Part shown: piece after piece, positions 16,537 through 26,059 of the stretch | Layout: the number at the start of each line of letters is the position of its first letter | Position numbering within the stretch: position 1 is the stretch's first letter | Virus genome (UHGV): UHGV-0090252 | From: a virus | Strand: one strand, 5' to 3' | Length of the DNA stretch: 64,000 nucleotides | The notes under the pieces: generated by a model | Seen by the model: only the letters and a program-made list of their open reading frames with translations | Databases searched by the model: none | Told to the model about the DNA's origin: nothing | Position numbers and translations under genes: made by a program

Positions 16537-17036
16537 TTTACGAAGAAAGATATAAGATAGATTACCAGAAGACTGGTCATCATGTCTCCCTAAGAGTAAC
16601 AAAACCAAATGGAGATACCGGTATCATAGCACATTTTGGTGGTGATTACTGGTACGGTACAGGTTGCTTTGAAGGCTACAGTCAAGAATACTTGAAAGCT
16701 TTCTACAGAGACTTTACAAACGACTACAACATGGTTGTTGATGAAAAGAACAAGTGTATTAAGCATGAACACCATGCCAGAGGATGCCTAAGTATTGTTA
16801 TGGTATTGGCGTTCTTCTTAGCAATGTTACTGGTAGTATCAGCAATCAGTTGTATAGCTCAAGACTTGACCATTACACAGATTACTGCAAAGTTGCATGA
16901 TGTCTGGTACTTGTATGTTGTTCCTTTAGCTGGTATCATCATCTCACTAATGAGGTTCAGAGTTTATAAGAAACGACTTAAGGATTCTGAGGTTAAACTT
17001 GAAGAGGTAAGTAAAGAATGCAACCTACAATTATAG
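16503..17036 (+). CDS. hypothetical membrane protein (two C-terminal TM segments)
   Basis: 177 aa; hydrophobic stretches LSIVMVLAFFLAMLLVVSAI and VWYLYVVPLAGIIISLM. Confidence 0.5.
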   Translation: MEQTIERGWKMIYEERYKIDYQKTGHHVSLRVTKPNGDTGIIAHFGGDYWYGTGCFEGYSQEYLKAFYRDFTNDYNMVVDEKNKCIKHEHHARGCLSIVMVLAFFLAMLLVVSAISCIAQDLTITQITAKLHDVWYLYVVPLAGIIISLMRFRVYKKRLKDSEVKLEEVSKECNLQL

Positions 17037-17112
17037 CTGTATGTGTTCGTTTTGCAATCGCTGAAATGATTAACAAGGCAATCTTGAAAGATGCTTATGG
17101 AGAGACTAAGTA

Positions 17113-17337
17113 ATGATTAAAACACCTGTACCAATTTTTGGATTTCCTTCTATAGAAGAGTTTAAAGTTTATCTTGACAAAAACTTCTACAACGAGCAGC
17201 CTGTTACTTTGCTGAAGAGTGACTTATCAGAGCTTCTTGATATGGTTATCAAGGCAACTCCTGAGAAGGAACCTGAGCAGAAAGCTGAGGAGAAGACTAG
17301 TAAGAAATCCGATAAGAAGACTGAAAAGTCTGAGTAA
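17113..17337 (+). CDS. hypothetical protein with Lys/Glu-rich tail
   Basis: 74-aa ORF. Confidence 0.4.
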   Translation: MIKTPVPIFGFPSIEEFKVYLDKNFYNEQPVTLLKSDLSELLDMVIKATPEKEPEQKAEEKTSKKSDKKTEKSE

Positions 17338-17389
17338 TAACTTAGGGGTTACTAGATAGCCCCTTTGTAGAAACTTAGAAGGTAGCGAA

Positions 17390-17812
17390 ATGAAAGAGCT
17401 TATTGGTAAAAGATTGACAGTTTACTGCTCTAAAACAAAGAAACCACTCACTTCTGTGAAGGTTTTTGATGTTGACACCACTGGTGTAGAGTATCCAATC
17501 CAATGCACAATAATTACTCCATTCAATGCAGATGATATGGATTTTAAAGAGTGTGAAGTGATATCTTTTAATGCTGATGGGTATTGGAGAGGTAAGTTAA
17601 ACAAGCAATCAGAAGATTTTGATATGCAAATCATTATCAATGAAGGCTATATCGGTGTAAAAGATATCCTCGTAGAAGCCTATGAAGAAGGTATAATTGA
17701 TATTGTGCATGATGTTGAAAAAGCTTTAAAGCTTGTTATGCCGCATTTAGAATCTGGAAAGCTGACTTTAGAGATGCTTAATAGGGTTATTCGGAGAGCT
17801 TATGAAAATTAA
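17390..17812 (+). CDS. hypothetical protein (140 aa)
   Basis: ORF in gene run. Confidence 0.5.
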   Translation: MKELIGKRLTVYCSKTKKPLTSVKVFDVDTTGVEYPIQCTIITPFNADDMDFKECEVISFNADGYWRGKLNKQSEDFDMQIIINEGYIGVKDILVEAYEEGIIDIVHDVEKALKLVMPHLESGKLTLEMLNRVIRRAYEN

Positions 17813-18251
17813 AGAAGTAGTGCAAAGAGCAATGCTTGACAATTCTACTAAAGATGAGATGTACACAGAAATTTGTGATAAGTTGAATTGCTCAAGACAT
17901 GCTGCTAAGGTTCTCGTACATTGTTTTATCTGGGAATGCTCAGAACGATACATGGAGCATATGCTTAAGAAAGAGATGGGTGTACAGGAGCCTATTGTCA
18001 AGAAGCATCCTTTACTTACTGGTTGGCAGTATGATATAAGAGAAGTTGAGACAGGTCTTTTAGTAGGTAATGGTACAGTCGGTACAATCTTTAGTGATGG
18101 CTCTTATACAATCTTGCTGAAGAATCCTACTAAGGAGTTTGCAAGACTCGACATGTATCTGTTTAAGGTTGCTGAAGATGACTTTATATATTCTCCAGAG
18201 AATGCTTATAAACCAATTTTCAGGGTCTGTAGAGAGGAAGGTGCAAAGTGA
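17802..18251 (+). CDS. hypothetical protein (149 aa)
   Basis: ORF overlapping upstream gene end. Confidence 0.5.
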   Translation: MKIKEVVQRAMLDNSTKDEMYTEICDKLNCSRHAAKVLVHCFIWECSERYMEHMLKKEMGVQEPIVKKHPLLTGWQYDIREVETGLLVGNGTVGTIFSDGSYTILLKNPTKEFARLDMYLFKVAEDDFIYSPENAYKPIFRVCREEGAK

Positions 18252-18820
18252 TTAAAAGAGACTTGAGAGTTATGGAAAAGGGTGATGTAAAAGAAGTTGA
18301 AGGTAACTACCTAGTACTTGACTGGAGTGATGTTCGAGAAGCATTATCCAAAGAAAGCCTTGACATACTAGAGCAGCTTGTCTTCTCAGTACGGCATATC
18401 AGAGAAGTTAAGAATGGTAAAGAGCCATTAGAAGGAATCTTTGTAGAGAAGTCTTATCCGTTCTATGAAGACACTTTACAGAAAGTTAAGATGTACTTTA
18501 AACAGAAGAACCGTAAAGTGGTCACTATGACATCTCTTGGTGGACAGAATATGTCTATTATGGAAGATATCAACCCTAAGAGACCGAGCAAAGGTGTCTG
18601 TATAAAAATCACAGGGCATGAAGAGTATATCTCAGTGGATGATTTTAGTGTGTTCTGTAATGGTTCTGCTGTCTTTAATGGGTTTCACTATGATATCCGA
18701 GTGTACCCAATCAAGGGAGATGCTGTTATGATGCAGATATTCGATAACAACAATGGATTCACTCATTTTTATCAGACAACCAAGTCATCACTGAAGACAG
18801 TTCTGGAAACACTGATTTAA
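18248..18820 (+). CDS. hypothetical protein (190 aa)
   Basis: last gene of the plus-strand module, followed by terminator. Confidence 0.5.
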   Translation: MIKRDLRVMEKGDVKEVEGNYLVLDWSDVREALSKESLDILEQLVFSVRHIREVKNGKEPLEGIFVEKSYPFYEDTLQKVKMYFKQKNRKVVTMTSLGGQNMSIMEDINPKRPSKGVCIKITGHEEYISVDDFSVFCNGSAVFNGFHYDIRVYPIKGDAVMMQIFDNNNGFTHFYQTTKSSLKTVLETLI

Positions 18821-18831
18821 AATATCTTAAG

Positions 18832-18856
18832 AGCCTCCTTAATTGGGGGCTTTTTA
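18832..18856 (+). terminator. rho-independent terminator
   Basis: GCCTCC-TTAATTG-GGGGGC hairpin followed by TTTTT. Confidence 0.6.
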
Positions 18857-18859
18857 TTT

Positions 18860-20390
18860 TTTATAAAATTTTATCGGTTGTACCAACCTCTGGGTCACCA
18901 TCATATGTGAATAAAATATCTATCCTTCTTAACAGCCTTCTTAATCTTACTCTCTATATAGTTATATAGTACTATATAGTATCTTAGTAACTATCTAGTG
19001 GTCTTAATAGCCCTCTGTATAACCCTTCTAACAAGCCCTCTAACAAGCCTTCTAAACAACCTATACAATCACCTTAACCATCTCTCTATACTCTCTTAGA
19101 AGCTCCCATACACCTCTTAATCTCTAGGTTAGCTATGACACTCTCTATAGGTGTTCACTAGGTATTACTAAGCCTCTATATAGACTGTTTTAACAAACTT
19201 AACAGGAATATCTTCACAGACCTTATCTCACAAGGTCTAACACGGTACTAACAAGGTATCTTATAAGCCTGTTTCCACCTGTATTTTTAAAAGACTGTAT
19301 AGGTAATTATTCAGAATTTTAAAATTTTTATAAAATAGGACTATCAAGTCATTTTTTTAGGGTCTTTGAAGGAACTGAAAAATATCTGTAGAAGATGTAT
19401 ATCTGCTTGGTAGCCCTTAACAGCTCCCTTACAAGTACTTTGCAGAATTTTAAAATATCATTAACAGTTTCTTAACAGTTCTCACATCTTCTTAACAACT
19501 CTTCAAAGGTCTTAACAGTTTCTTAACAGAACTAACAAGGGTTTAACAGTTTTCTAGGGATTGGTAACAATACCAATTAACAAGTGCTGAATAGGCTTTA
19601 CAGAGGCTTAACAGATGACTAACAAGAGCTAACAAGTTAATTTTTAAGAGTTATTTTGTTAAGATAATTAACAAGTCCCTAACAAGTGTTTAATCTTTTT
19701 AACAAGCTATTAACATGGTCACTACTCTTTTCTTATCGTTCCCTTTCCTTTCTTAGTGACTTCTTAAACATACCTCTTAAAAGCTCTTAAAAGCTCTTTA
19801 TAGGCTCTTTTAAGTCCCTCCCTAGTATTTACCCCTCAACTGTATGGATAGCTCTTTATAGGGCTTTACAGGAGCTTTTAAGGCTATGCCAAAGGTTCTT
19901 ACAAGGTTTTTACGTGGTCTTAACAGAGATTTAACAAGGTGCTAACAAGAATAACTATGTAGGGTTTGTTAAGAAAATGTTAAAAAAATGTTAAGGGGGC
20001 TAGCATTTACGTAACTTTTAAGCTACTTCAAAGTAACTTTATAACCCCTATAACATACTTTTTAATAGCTATCAAGGGGTTTGTTTAATCATTCACAAGA
20101 TACTAGCCAGCCTATAAGCTTTCACCCTTATAAGGTTCTTTTAAGGCTCTCAGAAGCTTTATAAAGGGCTTTTTAGGGTGGGTTAATATGATTGCTTAAG
20201 TTAGGGTGATAAGGCTGTTATAGGGCGTTATAGAGCGTTTAAGGGGTTGCCCTTCCCTTTCGGGTTATGGGCTTATATTTAAGTTGATTTGATAAGAGGT
20301 TATAGAGTAGACTATAGAGTTATTGCTTTTTAAGGTCTAGTAAGATTCTGGAAAGGAAAGGGAAAGGGTTTGTATAAGGATTCGATAGAC
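18860..20390. repeat. 1.5 kb repeat-rich non-coding region between convergent transcription units
   Basis: no ORF of 60 aa or more on either strand; dense short repeats (TATATAG/CTCTATA at 18940-19200; more than 20 copies of YTAACAR at 19400-19960; CTCTTAAAAGCTC and TTATAGRG families to 20330). Confidence 0.7.
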
Positions 20391-20392
20391 GT

Positions 20393-20417
20393 AAAAAAGC
20401 CCCTTTGAGTAGGGGCT
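20393..20417 (-). terminator. rho-independent terminator ending the small-gene array
   Basis: hairpin AGCCCC-loop-GGGGCT with AAAAAA on plus strand to the left (U-tract on the minus-strand transcript). Confidence 0.65.
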
Positions 20418-20455
20418 GTTCAGGTATCTGGGGCTAAATAGCCCCGCTGCGTCGA

Positions 20456-20704
20456 TTAGTTAGTGCCTTCTTTGTCGTAGTACAGGGAGACAATTTTTTC
20501 ACCCCAATAGTGAAAAGAATAACCCTCTTTAAGAACTTCCTGTTTTGTTTCCTCCCAGAACTCATTAGAAGGATTATAGTCGCTGATGGTCTGACTGATA
20601 AGACCTTTCACCATTTCAAAGGCGTTATCAGTGCCTGCAATGTCAAATTTAACATCCAGAGAGTAAAAACCAAATTCGTTAACAGTAGCGCGGATAGTTG
20701 CCAT
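20456..20704 (-). CDS. hypothetical small protein (82 aa)
   Basis: ATG directly preceded by conserved type A cassette with AGGAGA RBS. Confidence 0.55.
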   Translation of the reverse strand: MATIRATVNEFGFYSLDVKFDIAGTDNAFEMVKGLISQTISDYNPSNEFWEETKQEVLKEGYSFHYWGEKIVSLYYDKEGTN

Positions 20705-20772
20705 TTTTGAATCTCCTAGTTTAAGGGTTTTATTTAGTGGGGAAGGTCATTCCCTCTCCGTTGATTGACAAT
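20705..20772 (-). promoter_or_regulatory. type A intergenic cassette (hairpin plus Shine-Dalgarno)
   Basis: minus-strand consensus GTAAATTGTCAATCAACGG-GC hairpin-CACTAAATAAAACCCTTAAACTAGGAGATTCAAAA-ATG; five copies. Confidence 0.6.
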
Positions 20773-21303
20773 TTACAGATTTTTGATTGTCTCATCAATA
20801 TCTTTTTCAATATCTCTCAAAGTTTTTTCTAAGTTCTTGATATTGAAAGATAAGCCTTCTCCCAGTGTCTTAGCGTAACCATTGGGGCGCAAGTCATGCA
20901 GTTCGATTCCTTCCACTTCGAAGAGACTAACCAGCTCACCGCTTACAGTGTAAGCCATTGAAACAGTATTTACAGGGGCTTTATAGAACTTGTTTAAGAA
21001 CTTGATTGAACGCTCATAAGCCATTTTATAGCTATTTAAAAGGTTTTTAACTTGGCTATGAACGTTTTTGCACTCATCCAAGTAAATCCCTAAGAATAGC
21101 GGTAATAATTCTGCTACAGCTTGCATAAAGTGAGAGACTACAACGGTTGCAGCATTACGACGATGAACGTAATAAGCCCCGTTTTCTGATTTGGTGATGG
21201 TTGCAAAGTGTACCCCATTGCAGCGAAATTCGTAGGTATCTTTGACAGGCTTTGACATTACAGCATTTGAACGAATATAGTTGATGGCTTTGAACTTGTT
21301 CAT
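20773..21303 (-). CDS. hypothetical protein (176 aa)
   Basis: ATG preceded by type A cassette. Confidence 0.55.
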   Translation of the reverse strand: MNKFKAINYIRSNAVMSKPVKDTYEFRCNGVHFATITKSENGAYYVHRRNAATVVVSHFMQAVAELLPLFLGIYLDECKNVHSQVKNLLNSYKMAYERSIKFLNKFYKAPVNTVSMAYTVSGELVSLFEVEGIELHDLRPNGYAKTLGEGLSFNIKNLEKTLRDIEKDIDETIKNL

Positions 21304-21375
21304 TTTTGAATCTCCTAGTTTAAGGATTTTATTTAGTGGGGGAGGTCATTCCCTCCCGTTGATTAGTAATTTACT
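21304..21375 (-). promoter_or_regulatory. type A intergenic cassette
   Basis: TTTTGAATCTCCTAGTTTAAGGATTTTATTTAGTGGGGGAGGTCATTCCCTCCCGTTGATTAGTAATTTAC on plus strand. Confidence 0.6.
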
Positions 21376-21526
21376 TGTTTTGATAGCTGATTGCAAGCAA
21401 TTTTTTAAGCTTATCTATAAAGAACCTTTTAAGTGAATCCCTTTTAGATAAACCCCCCTCGAACAACATTACCAATGTCAAGGGGTATTGTCAACACTTT
21501 TTTGAAAGTTTTTTGTAAGTTGTTGA

Positions 21527-21868
21527 TTAACTGATGAATATTTTTTCAGGTTTTACATAGCTGATACGTTGGATTTTTAGCAGGTCATCCCAGATTAGTG
21601 CGGCAATATGAGCATAACCGGATTCACGTAGAAGCTTCATTGCTTTACTTCTCGTTTCAAATCGGTTTGCATAGTACTCGCTGCTCAGGGTTGTTTTCTT
21701 CCCTTCATTGTCTACATGAATAATCTGCATTACTTGGAAGGGGCTTACATCCTCGCCTTTATTCCATTGCTCAAAGTATTTTAGGCACTGCATAGGTGTC
21801 ATCTTATCACTTACTTGGGTTGACCAAGATGAATCCGGTTTATTGGTGATTACAGTTACATAAGCCAT
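21527..21868 (-). CDS. hypothetical protein (113 aa)
   Basis: ATG preceded by type A cassette. Confidence 0.55.
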   Translation of the reverse strand: MAYVTVITNKPDSSWSTQVSDKMTPMQCLKYFEQWNKGEDVSPFQVMQIIHVDNEGKKTTLSSEYYANRFETRSKAMKLLRESGYAHIAALIWDDLLKIQRISYVKPEKIFIS

Positions 21869-21945
21869 TTTTGAATCTCCTAGTTTAAGGATTTTATTTA
21901 GTGGGGGAGGTCATTCCCTCCCCGTTGATTGACAATTTACAGACT
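21869..21945 (-). promoter_or_regulatory. type A intergenic cassette
   Basis: same 70-nt consensus as 20705-20772. Confidence 0.6.
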
Positions 21946-21959
21946 TTTATCAGGCTTGT

Positions 21960-22193
21960 CTAGTCTTTTTCAATGATAATTTCATATTGACCATCAACAC
22001 TATCAAAATAAATGCCGTCGTCGTCTTCTGTCTTAAAGTAGCATTGAATATCATCACTTGCGGGGTAGTCTTGCCTTGCTATCTGGCAAACTTGAATAGC
22101 ATTTTCTTTACTTCCTGTAAACTCCTCAAGCCCTTTAAAATCGCATGAATGACCATTACAGATGGAAAGGATGAGATAAATGGTTGTAAGCAT
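21960..22193 (-). CDS. hypothetical Cys-containing small protein (77 aa)
   Basis: ORF followed upstream by terminator-like hairpin rather than a cassette. Confidence 0.5.
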   Translation of the reverse strand: MLTTIYLILSICNGHSCDFKGLEEFTGSKENAIQVCQIARQDYPASDDIQCYFKTEDDDGIYFDSVDGQYEIIIEKD

Positions 22194-22207
22194 GATTTAA
22201 GCCCTCT

Positions 22208-22227
22208 AAAAGCCCCTACAAGGGGCT
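22208..22227 (-). terminator. rho-independent terminator
   Basis: AGCCCCT-ACA-AGGGGCT hairpin with A-run on plus strand to the left. Confidence 0.55.
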
Positions 22228-22258
22228 AATTAGTGTTTATAAGGTGATTATATAGATT

Positions 22259-22801
22259 TTAGAAAAAGCTCTTTAAATCTTTCTCTGTGATGTTTCCTGT
22301 CAGTGTGTCCATGATGTCACAAAAAACCTGAATACTGTCCGACTGTTGAACGCTTTTAGCAAGAAGTTCCAGAGACTCATCAAGATAGTTTAAATTTGGG
22401 TTATCCAGTGAAGGAAGACAAAAAGGCGAAAACATCGCATTAAACTCGGTTACGTAAACCTTTTTAATCCAACTTGCATCAAAGTACTCTGTAAAACTTG
22501 CCACGCCAGACATATTATCACAAGAATAATCATCATTCAGCTCATCCTCTGGAATATCAAGTTCCAAGATAACAATATTTTGAGTTTTCATCTGGAAAGC
22601 GGCTGTAATAGTGGCATTACCTAATGCTTGCTGAATGCCTTCGGCTGTCATCTCTTCTTCATCGTCGCCATAGATTTTATTTTCTGGATACACGTAAAAA
22701 TTACCGTCCATGTCCGAACAATTCCATGCGCCTGATGGTTTATCGCCGTTATTAATCAGGTTGAGGAAGTTTTCTTGAGTAGTACCGTGAAAGCATTTCA
22801 T
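22259..22801 (-). CDS. hypothetical acidic protein (180 aa)
   Basis: ATG preceded by type B cassette. Confidence 0.55.
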   Translation of the reverse strand: MKCFHGTTQENFLNLINNGDKPSGAWNCSDMDGNFYVYPENKIYGDDEEEMTAEGIQQALGNATITAAFQMKTQNIVILELDIPEDELNDDYSCDNMSGVASFTEYFDASWIKKVYVTEFNAMFSPFCLPSLDNPNLNYLDESLELLAKSVQQSDSIQVFCDIMDTLTGNITEKDLKSFF

Positions 22802-22885
22802 TTTTGAATCTCCAGTCTAGGATTTAGTGGTAAAGCTCTTTATCTGGAGCTTAAGATATCAACTTTTAAGCCCCCTGTAAAGTAC
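22802..22885 (-). promoter_or_regulatory. type B intergenic cassette (9-bp-stem hairpin plus Shine-Dalgarno)
   Basis: minus-strand consensus AAAGTACTTTACAG-GGGGCTTAA(N11)TTAAGCCCC-AGATAAAGAGCTTTACCACTAAATCCTAAATTGGAGATTCAAAA-ATG; five copies with stem-preserving loop variants. Confidence 0.6.
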
Positions 22886-22886
22886 T

Positions 22887-23090
22887 TTATCGGTTATTTT
22901 TGACAACTTTTAAAACAGCACGGTAACCTAAGCAATAGGAATCACCGAAGAGCGACCGACCCATGAAGGAGTCCTCTGTAATATCTTTCGCCGTGACGGT
23001 TTTTTCTACGCCGTGAAAAAGAACTACATCCCCGGCTTTAATGTCTTTGATGTGTGTGGTTTCAATGGTTAAGCCGTTAATAATAGCCAT
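22887..23090 (-). CDS. hypothetical small protein (67 aa)
   Basis: ATG preceded by type A cassette. Confidence 0.5.
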   Translation of the reverse strand: MAIINGLTIETTHIKDIKAGDVVLFHGVEKTVTAKDITEDSFMGRSLFGDSYCLGYRAVLKVVKNNR

Positions 23091-23160
23091 TTTAGAATCT
23101 CCTAGTTTAAGGGCTTTATGTAGTGGGGGGGATGGTCATTCCCTCCCCGTTGATGTGTAA
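23091..23160 (-). promoter_or_regulatory. type A intergenic cassette
   Basis: variant with extended G/C hairpin and (TA)6 tract. Confidence 0.55.
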
Positions 23161-23200
23161 TTTAATATATATATATAAAAACCAGTGTCAACAAAAATTT

Positions 23201-23605
23201 TTAAAGTTCTGCATAAATTGCATCACAGATATTACGGAAGTCGTGATTTGACAAATTACGCTGCAACCAAGTGGCGAAAAAGTCAGCGATTGCATAATTA
23301 GCATCATACTCGACGGATAGCCATACTTTTACGGCGAATCTGAACATTTTTAAATCAAGCTCTTTATTCATTACCTTAGATTTGCCCAACATGTCAGCCA
23401 TTTCATATTGCGCACCGTCTAGCGTGATACCTGCTGCAACGTCAGTTAATGAGTTTTTCACGTTTTCAACGTCTAAGATAACACTTTGAATCTTCCCAAT
23501 AATGTTGTGCAATGTTTCATCAGGTGCTGATGATGTCAGAACATTAATCCGGTTAACTGTCAAACGTGCTTTTAAGATTGATAACTCACGGTTATTAATA
23601 GCCAT
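23201..23605 (-). CDS. hypothetical protein (134 aa)
   Basis: ATG preceded by type B cassette. Confidence 0.55.
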   Translation of the reverse strand: MAINNRELSILKARLTVNRINVLTSSAPDETLHNIIGKIQSVILDVENVKNSLTDVAAGITLDGAQYEMADMLGKSKVMNKELDLKMFRFAVKVWLSVEYDANYAIADFFATWLQRNLSNHDFRNICDAIYAEL

Positions 23606-23692
23606 TTTTGAATCTCCAATTTAGGATTTAGTGGTAAAGCTCTTTATCTGGGGCTTACTTTATCGAACTATAAGCCCCCTGTAAAGTACTTT
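23606..23692 (-). promoter_or_regulatory. type B intergenic cassette
   Basis: hairpin GGGGCTTA(N13)TAAGCCCC variant. Confidence 0.6.
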
Positions 23693-23965
23693 TTATACTA
23701 AATGCAGTTTTTTACCTTTTACTATGATGTAACTTGATGCGCTATTACTTTGCACATCTTGATAAATTCTACGCAAACGGCCTTCGTAGTATACTTTCCA
23801 ACTGGTTGGAATCTTTTTCCCGTATCCTGTAGCAGTTTTTTGCAGTCCTGCAAGTTGCCAATCAAGAATATGTTGTTCAGCTTGTAAATCCTCGAAGTGC
23901 ATTACGCCGTTCACATAGTGGCGCAGGGTTACGTTTAAGGTGCGACCGTTGTTAGTAGTATACAT
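23693..23965 (-). CDS. hypothetical small protein (90 aa)
   Basis: ATG preceded by type A cassette. Confidence 0.55.
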   Translation of the reverse strand: MYTTNNGRTLNVTLRHYVNGVMHFEDLQAEQHILDWQLAGLQKTATGYGKKIPTSWKVYYEGRLRRIYQDVQSNSASSYIIVKGKKLHLV

Positions 23966-24040
23966 TTTAGAATCTCCTAGTTTAAGGGCTTTATGTAGTG
24001 GGGAAGGTCATTCCCTCCCCGTTGATTAGTAATTTACTTG
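23966..24040 (-). promoter_or_regulatory. type A intergenic cassette
   Basis: same consensus. Confidence 0.6.
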
Positions 24041-24055
24041 TTTTTAAAATCAAAA

Positions 24056-24388
24056 TCAAGATAAATTTTTTCGTTTGCTCAGTTCTTGAACAATTACAGC
24101 GTAGTAGTCTTTTAAGTCACTGATATTTAAAGCATTTATCAGAGAGTTATAATCATCGACTAACTGAAAATCATCTTTAAAGATGTCGCTGATTTGATAA
24201 GTTCTCGATTGAAATCTGAAACTCATTTCTAACCGTTTTATTTGTTCATCACTTAAACGCTCCAGAAAGCTCATTACAAGGCTATTATTGACCTGTTGCG
24301 TGATTGCCTTACTTGCCAGAGTATAGGCGCTGTACGCCTTATATAGCGCCATAATAGCAATGATTGCAGTGATGCCAGTCATTAGCAT
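24056..24388 (-). CDS. hypothetical protein with N-terminal TM helix (110 aa)
   Basis: start overlaps end of upstream ORF; hydrophobic N-terminus. Confidence 0.5.
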   Translation of the reverse strand: MLMTGITAIIAIMALYKAYSAYTLASKAITQQVNNSLVMSFLERLSDEQIKRLEMSFRFQSRTYQISDIFKDDFQLVDDYNSLINALNISDLKDYYAVIVQELSKRKNLS

Positions 24389-24678
24389 GGTGATTCCTCT
24401 TTACGTGATACTTTGCCGCTTACAGTTATCTCATAAGATTCTAATAAATCACTTTTAGACTTTACAGGGCTTTTAAAAGTATTATCGTAAATATTGACTT
24501 GCAATACAGGGTTTTTATACTCCCTGCAACTATTCCATAAGCAAATCACTACACGACGGCCTTTAATTTTGCCGTGTAACCATTCCATAACATCATGATT
24601 ATTTCTTGATGTTTCAATGAAATCAATTTTATTAAGTAACTTGCTCAGATTTTCACGAACTTTATTTGATAATTTCAT
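24382..24678 (-). CDS. hypothetical small protein (98 aa)
   Basis: ATG preceded by type B cassette. Confidence 0.55.
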   Translation of the reverse strand: MKLSNKVRENLSKLLNKIDFIETSRNNHDVMEWLHGKIKGRRVVICLWNSCREYKNPVLQVNIYDNTFKSPVKSKSDLLESYEITVSGKVSRKEESPC

Positions 24679-24766
24679 TTTAGAATCTCCAATTTAGGAT
24701 TTAGTGGTAAAGCTCTTTATCTGGGGCTTACTTTATCGAACTATAAGCCCCCTGTAAAGTACTTTA
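24679..24766 (-). promoter_or_regulatory. type B intergenic cassette
   Basis: same consensus. Confidence 0.6.
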
Positions 24767-25072
24767 TTAGTTAATTTTCAGCTTTGCATGACCTCTCATT
24801 GTACGAATGGGGGAGGTTAAGGCTACGCGTCTAATATATGCCTTTTTCGTGTATATATTTGTCTTCCCGATAGTGTTTACACATGTAAAAAGGTTTATTG
24901 GTGAATTTTTTAACTTCAACTGTTTATCAACCTTCACGCCCCACCTTACAGCAGACTGTTTTCCGTTGTCAACAACTTTACCGCATAACTTTTTAGCCAT
25001 AATGCGAGCATCATCACGAGTTTTTGCAGTAATTACAACGTTTTTGATAATAGCCATTTTTAAGTTCTCCAA
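24767..25072 (-). CDS. hypothetical basic protein (101 aa)
   Basis: ATG preceded by type B cassette. Confidence 0.55.
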   Translation of the reverse strand: MENLKMAIIKNVVITAKTRDDARIMAKKLCGKVVDNGKQSAVRWGVKVDKQLKLKNSPINLFTCVNTIGKTNIYTKKAYIRRVALTSPIRTMRGHAKLKIN

Positions 25073-25143
25073 TTTAGGATTTAGTGGTAAAGCTCTTTAT
25101 CTGGGGCTTAAGATATCAACTTTTAAGCCCCCTGTAAAGTACT
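25073..25143 (-). promoter_or_regulatory. type B intergenic cassette
   Basis: same consensus. Confidence 0.6.
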
Positions 25144-25527
25144 TTATTTGTTAATTTTGAAGATAGTTACATAACCATCGCTACCAATGATTTGCGGCAC
25201 TCCAACTTTTTCTACTGAATAGCCCATATTTTCAAGATGATAAATGGCATCATCATAACCATATGCGCCACCCTGATAACGTCTCTTATTGCATTTTATC
25301 AGGTTTTTTCCACGTCCTGCAAGTGCATTCAGTATGGTTTTTTCGCTTGAGAGTGTACCATCTATCATGGTTGCCGTGTAATGGTTGATTTTATTCCCGT
25401 TGATGTCATATTTAAAATTAAATGAGTGAACAACAATTTTATTGCCTTTGAAATTCTCATCAAGTGACTTCTCCAGTACGTTGCGAAAGTTGTCTTTGTT
25501 GATGAATTTCGGTGCACGATAAGCCAT
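25144..25527 (-). CDS. hypothetical protein (127 aa)
   Basis: ATG preceded by type B-like cassette. Confidence 0.55.
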   Translation of the reverse strand: MAYRAPKFINKDNFRNVLEKSLDENFKGNKIVVHSFNFKYDINGNKINHYTATMIDGTLSSEKTILNALAGRGKNLIKCNKRRYQGGAYGYDDAIYHLENMGYSVEKVGVPQIIGSDGYVTIFKINK

Positions 25528-25618
25528 TTCTGAATCTCCTAGTTTAAGGGTTAATGTGGTAAAGCTCTTTATCTGGGGCTTAAGATATCAACTTTTAAGC
25601 CCCCTGTAAAGTACTTTA
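25528..25618 (-). promoter_or_regulatory. type B intergenic cassette (diverged 3' part)
   Basis: hairpin core conserved. Confidence 0.55.
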
Positions 25619-25825
25619 TTAGATATCGTAGTAATAAACTGCTGTCTGTCTTATGTGCTTTCTTGTATTTCTTGTAAGGTAGCAATCAGAGTTGATTGCT
25701 GTTTCTACATAGTTGCAATAGTCAGCTTCTGATATTCTAGACCATACGCCACAGATTTGCATGTAAAAACGTTTTACCTTTGTGTTAACGTTAGTTGTAA
25801 CCATCAATTCACGACCGTATAGCAT
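25619..25825 (-). CDS. hypothetical small protein (68 aa), first gene of the array
   Basis: ATG with AGGAGA RBS; upstream region is the 26060-26270 direct-repeat array. Confidence 0.5.
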   Translation of the reverse strand: MLYGRELMVTTNVNTKVKRFYMQICGVWSRISEADYCNYVETAINSDCYLTRNTRKHIRQTAVYYYDI

Positions 25826-26059
25826 TTTTAAGTTCTCCTAGTTTAAGGCTGTCGGGCTTGTCGCCCCGTCTGATGCAAATACTATAAAAACCCGTTCAAG
25901 GAGTCAATGAAAATTTTTAAAAATATTTTTGGCAAAAATGTAATGAAACGGGTGCGCGCGATTACCACAAAACAGAACTACAATCAAGAATTATTTTTCA
26001 ATCCGCTACAAATTTTTCTGTTGACTTTTATTTTCAGATGTGGTAGCCTTGTGAGAAAT

